From the NCBI GenBank assembly GCA_022709865.1, contig JAKLIA010000003.1:21547-85546 (forward strand): DNA of 64,000 bases. The letters are read 5' to 3'. Below the pieces are notes generated by a model. It worked only from the letters and a program-made list of their open reading frames with translations, was not told where the DNA came from and searched no databases. Shown one piece after another: positions 35,807-45,007 of the stretch. The first letter of the stretch is position 1. Each line of letters starts with the position of its first letter. The translations under genes were made by a program, and so were the position numbers. The DNA comes from Patescibacteria group bacterium (GTDB taxonomy: Bacteria; Patescibacteriota; Minisyncoccia; Portnoybacterales; GWB1-42-6).

Positions 35807-37366
35807 ATGGTTAGAGCTCTAGCTCTAACTGCAATGGAATCTAACTTTGTGCTCATATTAATAGGGGTCGGCGCTTTGATCGCAGGCTCTGTTTTAGGTT
35901 ATTTGTCGCGCCAAAGCATTGCCCGGAAACAGGCTGGCAGCGTTGAGGCCAGGATGGAAAAACTAACCGAAGAGGCCAAGCGCGAAGCCAAGGAAGTGGA
36001 GATCCAAGCCAAGGACAAAGCGATACAGATATTGGAAGAAGCTAAGCGCGAACAAAAAGACCGGGAACAACAAATTATGCGCTTGGAAGACCGCTTGGAA
36101 AGAAAAGAGCAAACTTTAGAAGCTAAGTCTCAGGACTTGGAAAAAAAGTTTGTTGAAGTGGCGGAAAAAGCAGAAAAAATAAAAGTCATCAAAGAAGATT
36201 TGGCGCAACTTCAGGCCCAGAAACTAAAGGAGCTGGAACGGGTAGCCAAGTTAAGCGCCGAACAAGCCAGGGAGGAACTATTGGTTCAAGTGGAAAAAGA
36301 GCAAGGGAATATTTTAATGGAGCGGATACAAAAGCTTGAGCAAGAAGGAAAAGAAGAGCTGGAAAAGAAAGCGCGCAATATTTTAACTTATGCCATGCAG
36401 CGCTACGCAGCTTCCCAATCAGCTGAAATTACCACTTCTACCGTGGCTTTGCCATCGGACGAATTGAAGGGCCGGATCATTGGCAAAGAGGGTCGCAACA
36501 TTAAAACTTTGGAAAAATTAACGGGTGTGGAAATTATTGTGGACGATACTCCCGGCGCAATCGTTATTTCGGCTTTTGACCCGGTGCGGCGTCAAATTGC
36601 CAAAGTAGCCTTGGAAAAATTAATGTCCGATGGCCGAATCCAGCCGGCGCGGATCGAGGATGCAGTAGAAAAAGCTAAAGAAGAAATTGGCGAGAAGATT
36701 GCCCAAGCCGGCCAGGCCGCAGCTTATGATACCGGTGTGGCGGGGCTAGACCCAAAGCTGGTGAGAGTTTTAGGGCGGCTAAGCATGAGAACCAGCTATG
36801 GCCAGAATGTTCTGCTGCACTCTTTGGAGGTGGCTCACTTGGCGGCTTCCATTGCGGCTGAAGTTGGGGCGGATGTGAACTTGGCGAAAAAAGCGGGCCT
36901 GCTGCACGATATCGGCAAAGCCGTGACCCATGAAGTCCAGGGTTCGCATGTGGAAATTGGCAAAATGATCTTGCAAAAGTTTGGCATGCCAGAAGACGTT
37001 ATCAAGGCCATGCAATCGCACCACGAAGAATATCCTTATGAGAGCCTAGAAGCGGTAATTGTGCAGGTGGCCGACCAAATCTCGGGAGCCCGCCCTGGCG
37101 CGCGCAAAGACACTTTGGAGGCTTATTTAAAGAGATTAGAAGAGCTAGAGCGAGTAGCTAATTCTTTTGCCGGCGTAGAAAAATCTTATGCGATTCAAGC
37201 GGGCCGGGAAATCAGGATATTTGTGCAGCCGGAAAAAATAGACGATATTGAAGCCAGAAGATTGGCTAAGGATGTGGCTGATAAGGTGCAACAGGAGTTG
37301 CAATATCCGGGCGAAATAAAAGTGACGGTGATTCGGGAAACGAGAACGATTGAATATGCTAGATAG
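35807..37366 (+). CDS. rny: Ribonuclease Y
   Basis: N-terminal TM, a coiled coil, a KH domain (IIGKEGRNIKTLE) and an HD domain (LLHDIGK). An alternative start lies at 35834. Confidence 0.85.
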   Translation: MVRALALTAMESNFVLILIGVGALIAGSVLGYLSRQSIARKQAGSVEARMEKLTEEAKREAKEVEIQAKDKAIQILEEAKREQKDREQQIMRLEDRLERKEQTLEAKSQDLEKKFVEVAEKAEKIKVIKEDLAQLQAQKLKELERVAKLSAEQAREELLVQVEKEQGNILMERIQKLEQEGKEELEKKARNILTYAMQRYAASQSAEITTSTVALPSDELKGRIIGKEGRNIKTLEKLTGVEIIVDDTPGAIVISAFDPVRRQIAKVALEKLMSDGRIQPARIEDAVEKAKEEIGEKIAQAGQAAAYDTGVAGLDPKLVRVLGRLSMRTSYGQNVLLHSLEVAHLAASIAAEVGADVNLAKKAGLLHDIGKAVTHEVQGSHVEIGKMILQKFGMPEDVIKAMQSHHEEYPYESLEAVIVQVADQISGARPGARKDTLEAYLKRLEELERVANSFAGVEKSYAIQAGREIRIFVQPEKIDDIEARRLAKDVADKVQQELQYPGEIKVTVIRETRTIEYAR

Positions 37367-37375
37367 AATCAATTT

Positions 37376-38194
37376 ATGAAAATATTATTCTTCGGTGATA
37401 TCACTGGCCGCGGCGGGCGGCAAGCTTTAAAGCAAGTTCTGCCAGAGCTCAAGCAAGAGCTGGGGCCGGATTTGGTTTTGGCTAATGGCGAGAATATGGC
37501 GCATGGCCAGGGAATAACCGAAGATTCGTTGAAAGAGTTATCGGATATTGGCATTGAATATTTTACCGGCGGCGACCACGCTTTTGCTTTGGGCGGGAGC
37601 GAAGAGATATTGGCGGACTCGTCCCAGCCTGTATTGCGGCCGATGAATTGGCCGGGAAACGTGGCGGGCCATGGCAGCGCGATAATTAACATTGGCACTA
37701 AGCGCGTTCTATTGATAAGTTTGATCGGCCGGGTTTTTATGAAGCATGATTTTGATGACCCCTTTACTTGCGTTAAGGATTTTTTAGATGATTATTCTTT
37801 GGGGGGCAAAGAGCGGGGGAGTGAGGCAGTGGACGCGATAATTTTAGACTTCCATGCCGAAGCGACTTCGGAAAAAGCGGCTTTAGCTTGGTTTCTAGAC
37901 GGCCAGGTTTCAGCGGTCCTGGGCACTCATACTCATGTGCCGACGGCCGATGAAAAGATTTTGCCTGGCGGCACGGCTTTTATTTCTGATGTTGGCATGG
38001 TGGGTGCGCTGGATTCGGTTTTAGGCGCGGATAAGGATATAATAATAAAAAGATTCTTAACCCAACGCTTATTTAAGATAGAATCTGCCCAAGGCAATCA
38101 GGTTGAGGTGAACGGTGTTTTATTAGAGCTGGACGATAAGACCGGTTTGGCTAAAAGCTTAATTAGGGTGCGGCGCCTAGTTGCGTTGGAATAG
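37376..38194 (+). CDS. ymdB: YmdB-like 2',3'-cyclic-nucleotide phosphodiesterase (TIGR00282 metallophosphoesterase)
   Basis: N-terminal MKILFFGDI..GR motif; the rny-ymdB synteny matches the Firmicute arrangement. Confidence 0.8.
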   Translation: MKILFFGDITGRGGRQALKQVLPELKQELGPDLVLANGENMAHGQGITEDSLKELSDIGIEYFTGGDHAFALGGSEEILADSSQPVLRPMNWPGNVAGHGSAIINIGTKRVLLISLIGRVFMKHDFDDPFTCVKDFLDDYSLGGKERGSEAVDAIILDFHAEATSEKAALAWFLDGQVSAVLGTHTHVPTADEKILPGGTAFISDVGMVGALDSVLGADKDIIIKRFLTQRLFKIESAQGNQVEVNGVLLELDDKTGLAKSLIRVRRLVALE

Positions 38195-38376
38195 ATCTTC
38201 TTCGTTAAAACTACGGAAGACCGAGCAACAATTTTAAAATGGAAGCATCACCTCGCCGCTCCGAAGCTTCAGCGAAGGACGGGTTGCGTTGGAATAGGCA
38301 TTAAGGTAAAATAGAGAGGTAAATCAGGAGGGGAAAGGTCGAGAAAGAAACATAAATTATATAACGATATAATTTT

Positions 38377-38649
38377 ATGACCAAAGATCAAATTATCGAT
38401 GCTATTGCCAATAAGACTGGTTTGTCTAAAAAGCAAACCGATGAAGTGATAGAATCATTATTGGAAACTATCACCAAAGCTTTGCAGAAGGGCGATAAAG
38501 TTGCTTTTACCGGCTTTGGCGCGTTTGTTATTTCAAACCGCAAGGCTCGCCAAGGAGTAAATCCTAAGACCGGCGCCAAGATCCAGATCCCGGCGATGAA
38601 AGCTCCGAAGTTTCGCGCAGGCAAGGCGTTGAAAGAAGCGGTTAAATAA
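38377..38649 (+). CDS. hup: DNA-binding protein HU
   Basis: 90 aa with the FGxF...R-K-x-R-x-G-x-NP HU signature. Confidence 0.9.
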   Translation: MTKDQIIDAIANKTGLSKKQTDEVIESLLETITKALQKGDKVAFTGFGAFVISNRKARQGVNPKTGAKIQIPAMKAPKFRAGKALKEAVK

Positions 38650-38673
38650 GGCCTAGAGAAATATTTTGCAAAC

Positions 38674-38707
38674 AAAAAAACCCTTTCCTCAGGGTTTTTT
38701 TGTTTTA
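38674..38707 (+). terminator. Rho-independent terminator (AAAAAAACCCTTTCCTCAGGGTTTTTTTGTTTT)
   Basis: Hairpin plus T-run after hup. Confidence 0.6.
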
Positions 38708-38766
38708 CTTTTTGCCTTTGTTCTGGTATATTGATAAATCGGAAAAATAAAAAAGGAGGGCCGAAA

Positions 38767-39840
38767 ATGGAGATATCGGAAGAGGCAGTTTTTTTACAAA
38801 AAAATAAGAGAGCTTTGAGCTATTTAGCTTTTGATTCAGCTAAAACTCGAGGGAGGAAAGACAAGGCCCAAGATAACGATTCTTGGCTTTATGGCCTGCT
38901 GGACCCTTTTGCCGTGGACCAGCAGAAGATCGAGCGTTCCAAAGCCTGGCGTCGTTTGTCTGGTAAAACCCAAGTTTTTTCTTTGCAGCTTAATCCGTAT
39001 GTGCGGACTCGCCAAAGCCACACCCAAGAGGTCGTGTCTAACGCGGCTCTGATCGCCCAGGTTTTGGGGTTAAATATCGATCTTTGCGTTTCAATCGCTA
39101 AAGCCCATGATGTCGGGCATTTGCCTTTTGGTCACGCCGGCGAGCGTTTTATGGAGGAAGTCGTTGGCCGGCCTTTTAGCCACGCTATTTATGGCGCAAT
39201 AGTCTTGCAAGAAGTTGAACGGGGCGGAAAGGCTAATTTTTCTTTCGAGGTTTTGGAAGGCATAACTTACCATTCAGGCGGGTCTTGGCCTTCTGCTTTG
39301 CCGCAGGAATACCGGGTGGGTTATTGGGCGGATAAGATCGCTTATGTTTCCCACGATATCAATGACGCTGTGCGCAAGGAAATGTTGAGGTTGCCTTCGT
39401 CAGAATTAGCTAATTTAGGGTCAACTCATCGCGAACGGACAGAAAAATGCCTCGTGGCGTTATTAGCTGAAAGCGCTTATTCTAAGAAGATCTCTTTTGA
39501 ATATTCTAACGAGGCAATAGCTTTTCAAAAAGTCAAAGATTGGCTTTTCGAGAACGTCTATTACAAAATAGACGATGGCCCATGCTTCAGCCTGCTGAAA
39601 ACAGTTTATGAGTTTCTCTATGAAGAAACTAAAAAAGAAGAGTCAATATTTTTTAATATTGATCCGGTAATTTTATTAAGCTTGATGACTGATTGGGAAT
39701 GCAAGCAACTTTACGAGTCTTTGATCAGCCGCTTGCCTAATCCCGCTGGGGGATTAGGCATAGTGGAAATTGCTCCTTCGATCCGGGGCAAAAAAATCGA
39801 TTGGGAGAGCCCGGATTTTTCCTGGGCCAAGAACAAATAA
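38767..39840 (+). CDS. dGTP triphosphohydrolase-like HD-domain protein
   Basis: RTRQSHTQEV...HDVGHLPFGHAGE motif. The start is taken at MEISEE, which has a strong ribosome-binding site AAAAAGGAGGG; the track ORF begins at an upstream TTG. Confidence 0.8.
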   Translation: MEISEEAVFLQKNKRALSYLAFDSAKTRGRKDKAQDNDSWLYGLLDPFAVDQQKIERSKAWRRLSGKTQVFSLQLNPYVRTRQSHTQEVVSNAALIAQVLGLNIDLCVSIAKAHDVGHLPFGHAGERFMEEVVGRPFSHAIYGAIVLQEVERGGKANFSFEVLEGITYHSGGSWPSALPQEYRVGYWADKIAYVSHDINDAVRKEMLRLPSSELANLGSTHRERTEKCLVALLAESAYSKKISFEYSNEAIAFQKVKDWLFENVYYKIDDGPCFSLLKTVYEFLYEETKKEESIFFNIDPVILLSLMTDWECKQLYESLISRLPNPAGGLGIVEIAPSIRGKKIDWESPDFSWAKNK

Positions 39841-39845
39841 AAACC

Positions 39846-39877
39846 AAAAAGGTTCCTAAAAAGGAACCTTTTTTTAT
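39846..39877. terminator. Bidirectional hairpin terminator (AAAAAGGTTCCTAAAAAGGAACCTTTTTTT) between dgt (+) and the tRNA cluster (-)
   Basis: Perfect hairpin flanked by an A-run and a T-run. Confidence 0.55.
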
Positions 39878-39953
39878 TGGAGCGGGCGAGCAGAATCGGA
39901 CTGCCGTCTCGACCTTGGCAAGGTCGCATAATAGCCACTATACGACGCCCGCA
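39878..39953 (-). tRNA. tRNA-Gly (anticodon GCC), CCA encoded
   Basis: Acceptor GCGGGCG/CGCCCGC; anticodon stem CGACC/GGTCG with loop TTGCCAA. Confidence 0.8.
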
Positions 39954-40023
39954 CTTCGGCGGGCAAACCCGCCTTTATATAATCTAATTTTTTTTGCGTG
40001 TCCGCCCAGGGCGGGTTTTACGC

Positions 40024-40098
40024 GGTGCCGGGAGTCAGAATCGAACTGACATGAAAGGTTTTTCAAACCTCCGCCGTGACCAACTTGGCTATCCCGGC
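40024..40098 (-). tRNA. tRNA-Phe (anticodon GAA)
   Basis: Acceptor GCCGGGA/TCCCGGC; anticodon loop TTGAAAA; T-arm GTCAG-TTCGATT-CTGAC. Confidence 0.8.
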
Positions 40099-40117
40099 GA
40101 TTCGCAATCGCTAATTT

Positions 40118-40192
40118 GTGGGCGCTTAAGGATTCGAACCTTAGACCTTCTCGGTGTAAACGAGACGCTCTAACCAGCTGAGCTAAGCGCCC
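40118..40192 (-). tRNA. tRNA-Val (anticodon TAC)
   Basis: Acceptor GGGCGCT/AGCGCCC; anticodon stem TCTCG/CGAGA with loop TTTACAC. Confidence 0.8.
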
Positions 40193-40203
40193 GCGCTCTG
40201 AGC

Positions 40204-40289
40204 TGGTGCGCGGGAGAGGATTTGAACCTCCAAGCCTTGCGGCACCAGCACCTCAAGCTGGCGTGTTTACCGGGTTTCACCACCCGCGC
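40204..40289 (-). tRNA. tRNA-Leu (anticodon GAG), type II, CCA encoded
   Basis: Acceptor GCGCGGG/CCCGCGC; anticodon stem CCAGC/GCTGG with loop TTGAGGT; long variable arm. Confidence 0.8.
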
Positions 40290-40294
40290 GAAAA

Positions 40295-40678
40295 TTATTC
40301 TTCCGAAGCTTCGCCGCTGGTTTTGGCTTCGACCGGCACGAGGACAGTATTTTTGCTTTTCATTCTAGCTCTTTTGCCGGAGCGTTCACGCATATAGTAT
40401 AACTTGGCTTGGCGAACCTTGGAAGTCTTTAAAACTTCTATTTTATCGATTGCGGGGGAGTGCAGCGGATAAACTCTTTCCACGCCTACGCCCTCGGAAA
40501 TCTTGCGGACGGTAAAAGTGCCGTCTAAACCCTTACCGTGTTTAGTGGCAATAACCAACCCTTCAAAAGGCTGGATCCTTTCTTTTTCGCCTTCTTTTAC
40601 TCGTTGATAAACCTTAACAGTTTGGCCAGCTTTGATTTCCGGCACCTTTTTTAATTGGTCTTGAATAATGTTTGTCAT
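40295..40678 (-). CDS. rplS: 50S ribosomal protein L19
   Basis: 127 aa with the conserved L19 core (FEGLVIA...GTFTVRK). Confidence 0.9.
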   Translation of the reverse strand: MTNIIQDQLKKVPEIKAGQTVKVYQRVKEGEKERIQPFEGLVIATKHGKGLDGTFTVRKISEGVGVERVYPLHSPAIDKIEVLKTSKVRQAKLYYMRERSGKRARMKSKNTVLVPVEAKTSGEASEE

Positions 40679-40731
40679 AGCCTTACAAATTGAGAATTAC
40701 CGTTAATTACTAATAGATATTAGCATATTCT

Positions 40732-41667
40732 TTATATTTTTTCAAGGGGGGCTAAAACAGCTAAAAGTTCTTCCGGCAAAGGTGCCTGGAAGGTCTTTTT
40801 CTGGTTATTGGGCAGCGTAATTTCCAGGCTCTTGGCATGCAGGAATTGGCGGGTTAACCCGGGCAAAGTAGGCAGCCGTTTATCGCCGTATTTGGCGTCT
40901 CCAGCTACGGGATGTCCCAGATGCGCCAAGTGTACCCGGATTTGGTGCAGGCGGCCTGTTTTAGGGCAGGCTTCAATTAGGCTATAATCTTGGAACTCTT
41001 TAATGACTTTATATTGAGTGATGGCTTCTTTGCCCTCCCTGGAAACCTTTTGTTTGGTGGGGTTTTGGCTGGCGCGCGCCAGAAGAGTTTTTATCTCGCC
41101 TTGTTTCTCTTTTAATTTGCCATGAACTAGGGCTAAGTATTTTTTAGCAGTTTGCCTTTCTTTAAATTGTTTTTTCAGCCAATCAAAACTTATTTGGTTT
41201 TTGGCAATTATCATCACGCCCGAAGTATCTTTGTCTAGCCGATGAACTAGGCCTGGGCGCAAAGAGGGGACATCACCAACAGAAGCGATAGCCGGATAAT
41301 AGGCTAACAGCCCGCTGACTAGCGTGGAGCCAATTTCTTGCGCCAGAGGCAAGCCGTTTTTATCTTGCCGCGGATGGACAGATAAGCCGGCGGGTTTATT
41401 AATAACAAGGACATTGTTATCCTCGTAGATTATATTTAATTTAATTTCCGGATTAGGCAAAATCTGTGAGGCGTCGGGCAGCGCAAATCCCGGCGCGAAG
41501 GCGACTTTGTCGCCTTCGCGCAGAAGATAAGACGGTTTAACTTTTTTATTTCCAATCCCTCGACTGCTCTCGGGATAAACCACAAAATTGCCCAGATTAA
41601 CTTGGTTTTTAATATATACGCGCGATAGATTGGGATATTTATTTGTTAAATATTTGTCTAACCTCAT
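40732..41667 (-). CDS. RluA-family 23S rRNA pseudouridine synthase (RluD-like) with an N-terminal S4 domain
   Basis: HRLDKDTSGVMIIAKN catalytic motif. Confidence 0.85.
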   Translation of the reverse strand: MRLDKYLTNKYPNLSRVYIKNQVNLGNFVVYPESSRGIGNKKVKPSYLLREGDKVAFAPGFALPDASQILPNPEIKLNIIYEDNNVLVINKPAGLSVHPRQDKNGLPLAQEIGSTLVSGLLAYYPAIASVGDVPSLRPGLVHRLDKDTSGVMIIAKNQISFDWLKKQFKERQTAKKYLALVHGKLKEKQGEIKTLLARASQNPTKQKVSREGKEAITQYKVIKEFQDYSLIEACPKTGRLHQIRVHLAHLGHPVAGDAKYGDKRLPTLPGLTRQFLHAKSLEITLPNNQKKTFQAPLPEELLAVLAPLEKI

Positions 41668-41722
41668 TTTTTAAAAAATCCTCCCTGGCTGCCCAAGGAG
41701 GAGGTCTTTGTTTCTTTTGTGT

Positions 41723-42499
41723 TTATTTGGGTTTTTTTTCTCGCCACCTGTCCCATTGGTCAAGAAGTTCAATGGCGCCTTTTGCGTAGGCGTTGGCCTT
41801 AGCAATATCTAAGTCGTCTTGTTTGTCGCGCAGGGCGCCTTCCGCATCCAGGCTGACCTTAGGAAAGCAATAATAAGGCATCCTGATTATCGGAAGCAAT
41901 TCGGCTTTTAATCCGCCGGCCACTCCAATGCCGATATCATAACCTTCAAGCTCCTTAATGCACTGCTGGTAAAAAGAGAAATTGGCCACAGCTCCTTTCC
42001 CGCCGCTGGAATCAAGCAAAATGCCGTCGATCGCTTCGGCCCGGATATACTTTTTTATTTCGTCCGCTATTTTCCATGGGTCGCGCTTAACTTTTTCCAT
42101 GGCGTTTGACCCGACCTGCAGGACTATTTTTTGTCCCGGGAAAGTTTCTTTAAAAAGCGCTAATTGGTCGATCTTTGGCCAGGCAATATTGAGCTGAATG
42201 CCCTGTATATTGAAACCGGCAATATCCATTAGGAATGTTAATTGGTTTATTAAAGGCTTTGGTTCGTCTGTGCTGTAGTGAATTAAATTAATGACTCGAG
42301 GGTCTTGAAAAAAAATATCTTTAATTTTTTCTATCTTTGGGTATCTCCCCGGATATTTATTTTGCTGGCCATTCAAAGTTTTTGAGCTGGCTAGCACCCC
42401 AACCATTAATTTGCGTTTTGAGCCTTTGGAAAAAGACCGTAAAACATCTTTAACTTCTTGCCTGCCCATAAAGCCGGTAATGCCAATGTAAGAATCCAT
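41723..42499 (-). CDS. Phosphoribosylanthranilate isomerase-like (TrpF family) TIM-barrel protein
   Basis: IGITGF, LLDSSGGKGAVANFSF and GVAGGL motifs parallel the TrpF segments KICGLT, LDNGQGGSGQRFDWSL and LAGGL. No other trp genes are in the window. Confidence 0.5.
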   Translation of the reverse strand: MDSYIGITGFMGRQEVKDVLRSFSKGSKRKLMVGVLASSKTLNGQQNKYPGRYPKIEKIKDIFFQDPRVINLIHYSTDEPKPLINQLTFLMDIAGFNIQGIQLNIAWPKIDQLALFKETFPGQKIVLQVGSNAMEKVKRDPWKIADEIKKYIRAEAIDGILLDSSGGKGAVANFSFYQQCIKELEGYDIGIGVAGGLKAELLPIIRMPYYCFPKVSLDAEGALRDKQDDLDIAKANAYAKGAIELLDQWDRWREKKPK

Positions 42500-42531
42500 T
42501 TTTTCCCTCCTTGTTTTTTTGTAAGAACTTT

Positions 42532-42608
42532 TGGTGGGCGTGCCCCGACTCGAACGGGGGACCTTTTCGATGTCAACGAAACGCTCTAACCAGCTGAGCT
42601 ACACGCCC
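42532..42608 (-). tRNA. tRNA-Val (anticodon GAC), CCA encoded
   Basis: Acceptor GGGCGTG/CACGCCC; anticodon loop TTGACAT. Confidence 0.8.
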
Positions 42609-42654
42609 GAATAAGTCATCTTAAGGAAAGGTTAAGATGACAGACTAACATATT

Positions 42655-42966
42655 TTACTTCAATAATACCAGGGTTATCATCGCAATCGCTACAAAAACC
42701 GCCAGCCACCCGATAGTATAAGCCAATAATTTTACAGCCGCTTCTTTTTGATTTTCCAGATAAAGCATAATTGGCTTGCCCAGAACCAACGCGCCGGTAA
42801 TAGTTGCCGAGAGAACTAAAAGCAACAGCATTAATATCGGCATCAAAAAATTATCTTCTGCGCCAAATAATTTATTGGCGTTAGAAAAAAACAAAGCGAT
42901 GGCGACGATATAAATAAAGACACCAAGCGAGTTAAGCAGGGAGCGGACGGACAATTTGTTTTTCAT
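42655..42966 (-). CDS. Small hypothetical membrane protein (103 aa, 3 TM helices)
   Basis: ORF with a hydrophobic profile. Confidence 0.4.
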   Translation of the reverse strand: MKNKLSVRSLLNSLGVFIYIVAIALFFSNANKLFGAEDNFLMPILMLLLLVLSATITGALVLGKPIMLYLENQKEAAVKLLAYTIGWLAVFVAIAMITLVLLK

Positions 42967-42987
42967 GAATTATATTTTAAAAATTAG

Positions 42988-43059
42988 TGCGCGCGCTAGG
43001 ATTCGAACCTAGAACCAGTCGTGTATAAGACGACTGCTCTACCGTTGAGCTACGCGCGC
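42988..43059 (-). tRNA. tRNA-Ile with anticodon UAU (TAT), no CCA
   Basis: Acceptor GCGCGCG/CGCGCGC; D-arm GCTC-AACGGTA-GAGC; perfect 5-bp anticodon stem GTCGT/ACGAC with loop CTTATAC; T-arm CTAGG-TTCGAAT-CCTAG. Confidence 0.7.
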
Positions 43060-43089
43060 GGAAGCCCTTTTTAGGGGGCTGGAATAAGA

Positions 43090-44919
43090 TTAGCTTTTCA
43101 TTAACGCTTCAAACTCCTCTTTTTCAATCGTTTCTTTTTCTATCAGGCGGTTGGCAATTTTATCCAATAAAGCTCGTTTTTCTGTGAGTATCTTTTGGGC
43201 GGCCTTGGCGGCGTTATCGATAAAATCAAAAACTTCTTTGTCGATATCTTGCGCCACTTTTTCCGAGTAATTCTTTTCGGTGGTTATTTCTTTGCCCAAA
43301 AATACCATATCTTCCGTTTCGCCGAAAGTCCGCGGGCCAAGCTTATCCGACATTCCATATCTCATAACTAATCTTCTAGCAAGGTCCGTGGTTTTTTCCA
43401 GGTCATTGCCCGCTCCGGTGGTAATCTCGTTGAAGACTACTTTTTCCGCATAGTAGCCGCCAAGCAACACCGAGAGCTCTTCAACGAACTCTGTTTTGCT
43501 GTGCAAATGTTTATCAAACTCTGGTAATTTTAAAGTGTAGCCGGCAGCCTGGCCTCGCGCAATAATGGAAACTTTGCGGACCGGGTCGGTGTGGGGGAGA
43601 GAGGCGGCCACCAAAGCATGGCCGGCTTCATGATACGCCGCAATTTTCTTTTCATCGGTGGAAAGAATATGGCTCTTTCTTTCCGGGCCCAACAGGACTT
43701 TTTCAATAGAAGATATCAGGTCTATCATTTCCACTTCCTTTTTATTTTGCCGAGCCGCGGCAATAGCTGCTTCGTTAACTAGATTGGCTAGGTCCGCGCC
43801 CGAAAATCCGGGTGTGCGCTCAGCCAGCTGCCTTAAATTAACGTCAGCTGTGACAGGCTTATTTTTAGCATGGATCTTTAATATCTCTTCGCGGTCGTTG
43901 ATATCAGGCAGGTCCAACATTACTCGGCGGTCAAAACGGCCCGGCCGCAAAAGAGCGGTATCAAGAATATCGGGCCGATTGGTGGCGGCCAAAACCACCA
44001 CTCCGCTGTTTGGTTCAAAGCCGTCCATTTCGACTAATATTTGGTTCAGGGTTTGTTCTCTTTCGTCGTGTCCGCCGCCCAGCCCTGCGCCCCGCTGCCG
44101 GCCGATGGCATCCAGCTCATCGATAAAAATTATGCAAGGGCTGTTTTTCTTAGCGGTTTGGAATAAGTCGCGGGTTCGCGCGCTGCCCACGCCAACGAAA
44201 AGCTCAACGAACTCGGAACCGGAAATATGGAAGAAGGGGACTTTGGCTTCGCCGGAAACCGCGCGCGCCAACAATGTTTTGCCGCAGCCCGGAGGCCCGA
44301 TAAGCAAAACTCCCTTGGGAATCTTAGCTCCGATAGCAATAAACTTTTCCGGGCTCTTTAAGAAATCAACTACTTCGTCCAACTCTTGTTTAGCTTCCTT
44401 TAAGCCGGCCACATCAGCAAAGCTGGATTGTTGTTTTTTATCTTCCGGCATAATGATGCGCGCCAAAGATTTGGTAAAACCAAAGCCCTGCCCGCCAGCG
44501 CCTTGCTTGGCTTGGCGCATCATGAACCAAAGGAATAATCCCATGATCAAAAGCGGCAAAAGGAAGGGGACAATAACATTGCCTAGCCAATATTTCCAGC
44601 CGCTAGCTTGCTCAACTGTAATTGCTACTTTTTGGAGTTTGGTTGTGTCTACGCCGTAATTTTTCAAGGACTCGGTTAGGCCCGATTCCGCTTCTTTTGT
44701 TGCCACTTCGCTGGTCTCGTCTTTTAAGAAGACTTCTAGGCTTTGGTCTTTAACAGTTATTTTATTTACTTTTTCATCGTTGATCTGCTGGGCTAGTTCC
44801 GTTAAAGAGATTTCGGCTGGGCTTTTTCCAGAAGAGCTGAACATGGAAAAAATACCCGAGACCAGGATGAATAGAATTAAAATGATAAGGAAGTTTTTTA
44901 ATAATCCTTTCATAGCCAT
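43090..44919 (-). CDS. ftsH: ATP-dependent zinc metalloprotease FtsH
   Basis: Walker [12 protein letters not shown] region, and HEAGHA zinc motif. Confidence 0.9.
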   Translation of the reverse strand: MAMKGLLKNFLIILILFILVSGIFSMFSSSGKSPAEISLTELAQQINDEKVNKITVKDQSLEVFLKDETSEVATKEAESGLTESLKNYGVDTTKLQKVAITVEQASGWKYWLGNVIVPFLLPLLIMGLFLWFMMRQAKQGAGGQGFGFTKSLARIIMPEDKKQQSSFADVAGLKEAKQELDEVVDFLKSPEKFIAIGAKIPKGVLLIGPPGCGKTLLARAVSGEAKVPFFHISGSEFVELFVGVGSARTRDLFQTAKKNSPCIIFIDELDAIGRQRGAGLGGGHDEREQTLNQILVEMDGFEPNSGVVVLAATNRPDILDTALLRPGRFDRRVMLDLPDINDREEILKIHAKNKPVTADVNLRQLAERTPGFSGADLANLVNEAAIAAARQNKKEVEMIDLISSIEKVLLGPERKSHILSTDEKKIAAYHEAGHALVAASLPHTDPVRKVSIIARGQAAGYTLKLPEFDKHLHSKTEFVEELSVLLGGYYAEKVVFNEITTGAGNDLEKTTDLARRLVMRYGMSDKLGPRTFGETEDMVFLGKEITTEKNYSEKVAQDIDKEVFDFIDNAAKAAQKILTEKRALLDKIANRLIEKETIEKEEFEALMKS

Positions 44920-45007
44920 TTAAACATTTTGACATTTAAACATTTTAACAAAATATTAAAATCCTCCGGGCTTAAATGTTTTTGTGTTTGTATGTTAATA
45001 TGCTAAA

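Noticed and set aside
38195-38376. Possible small ORF or leader (a 21-aa MEASPRRSEASAKDGLRWNRH peptide) in the hup upstream region.
   Set aside because: Too short and with no convincing ribosome-binding site; it is more likely a 5' UTR or promoter region for hup.
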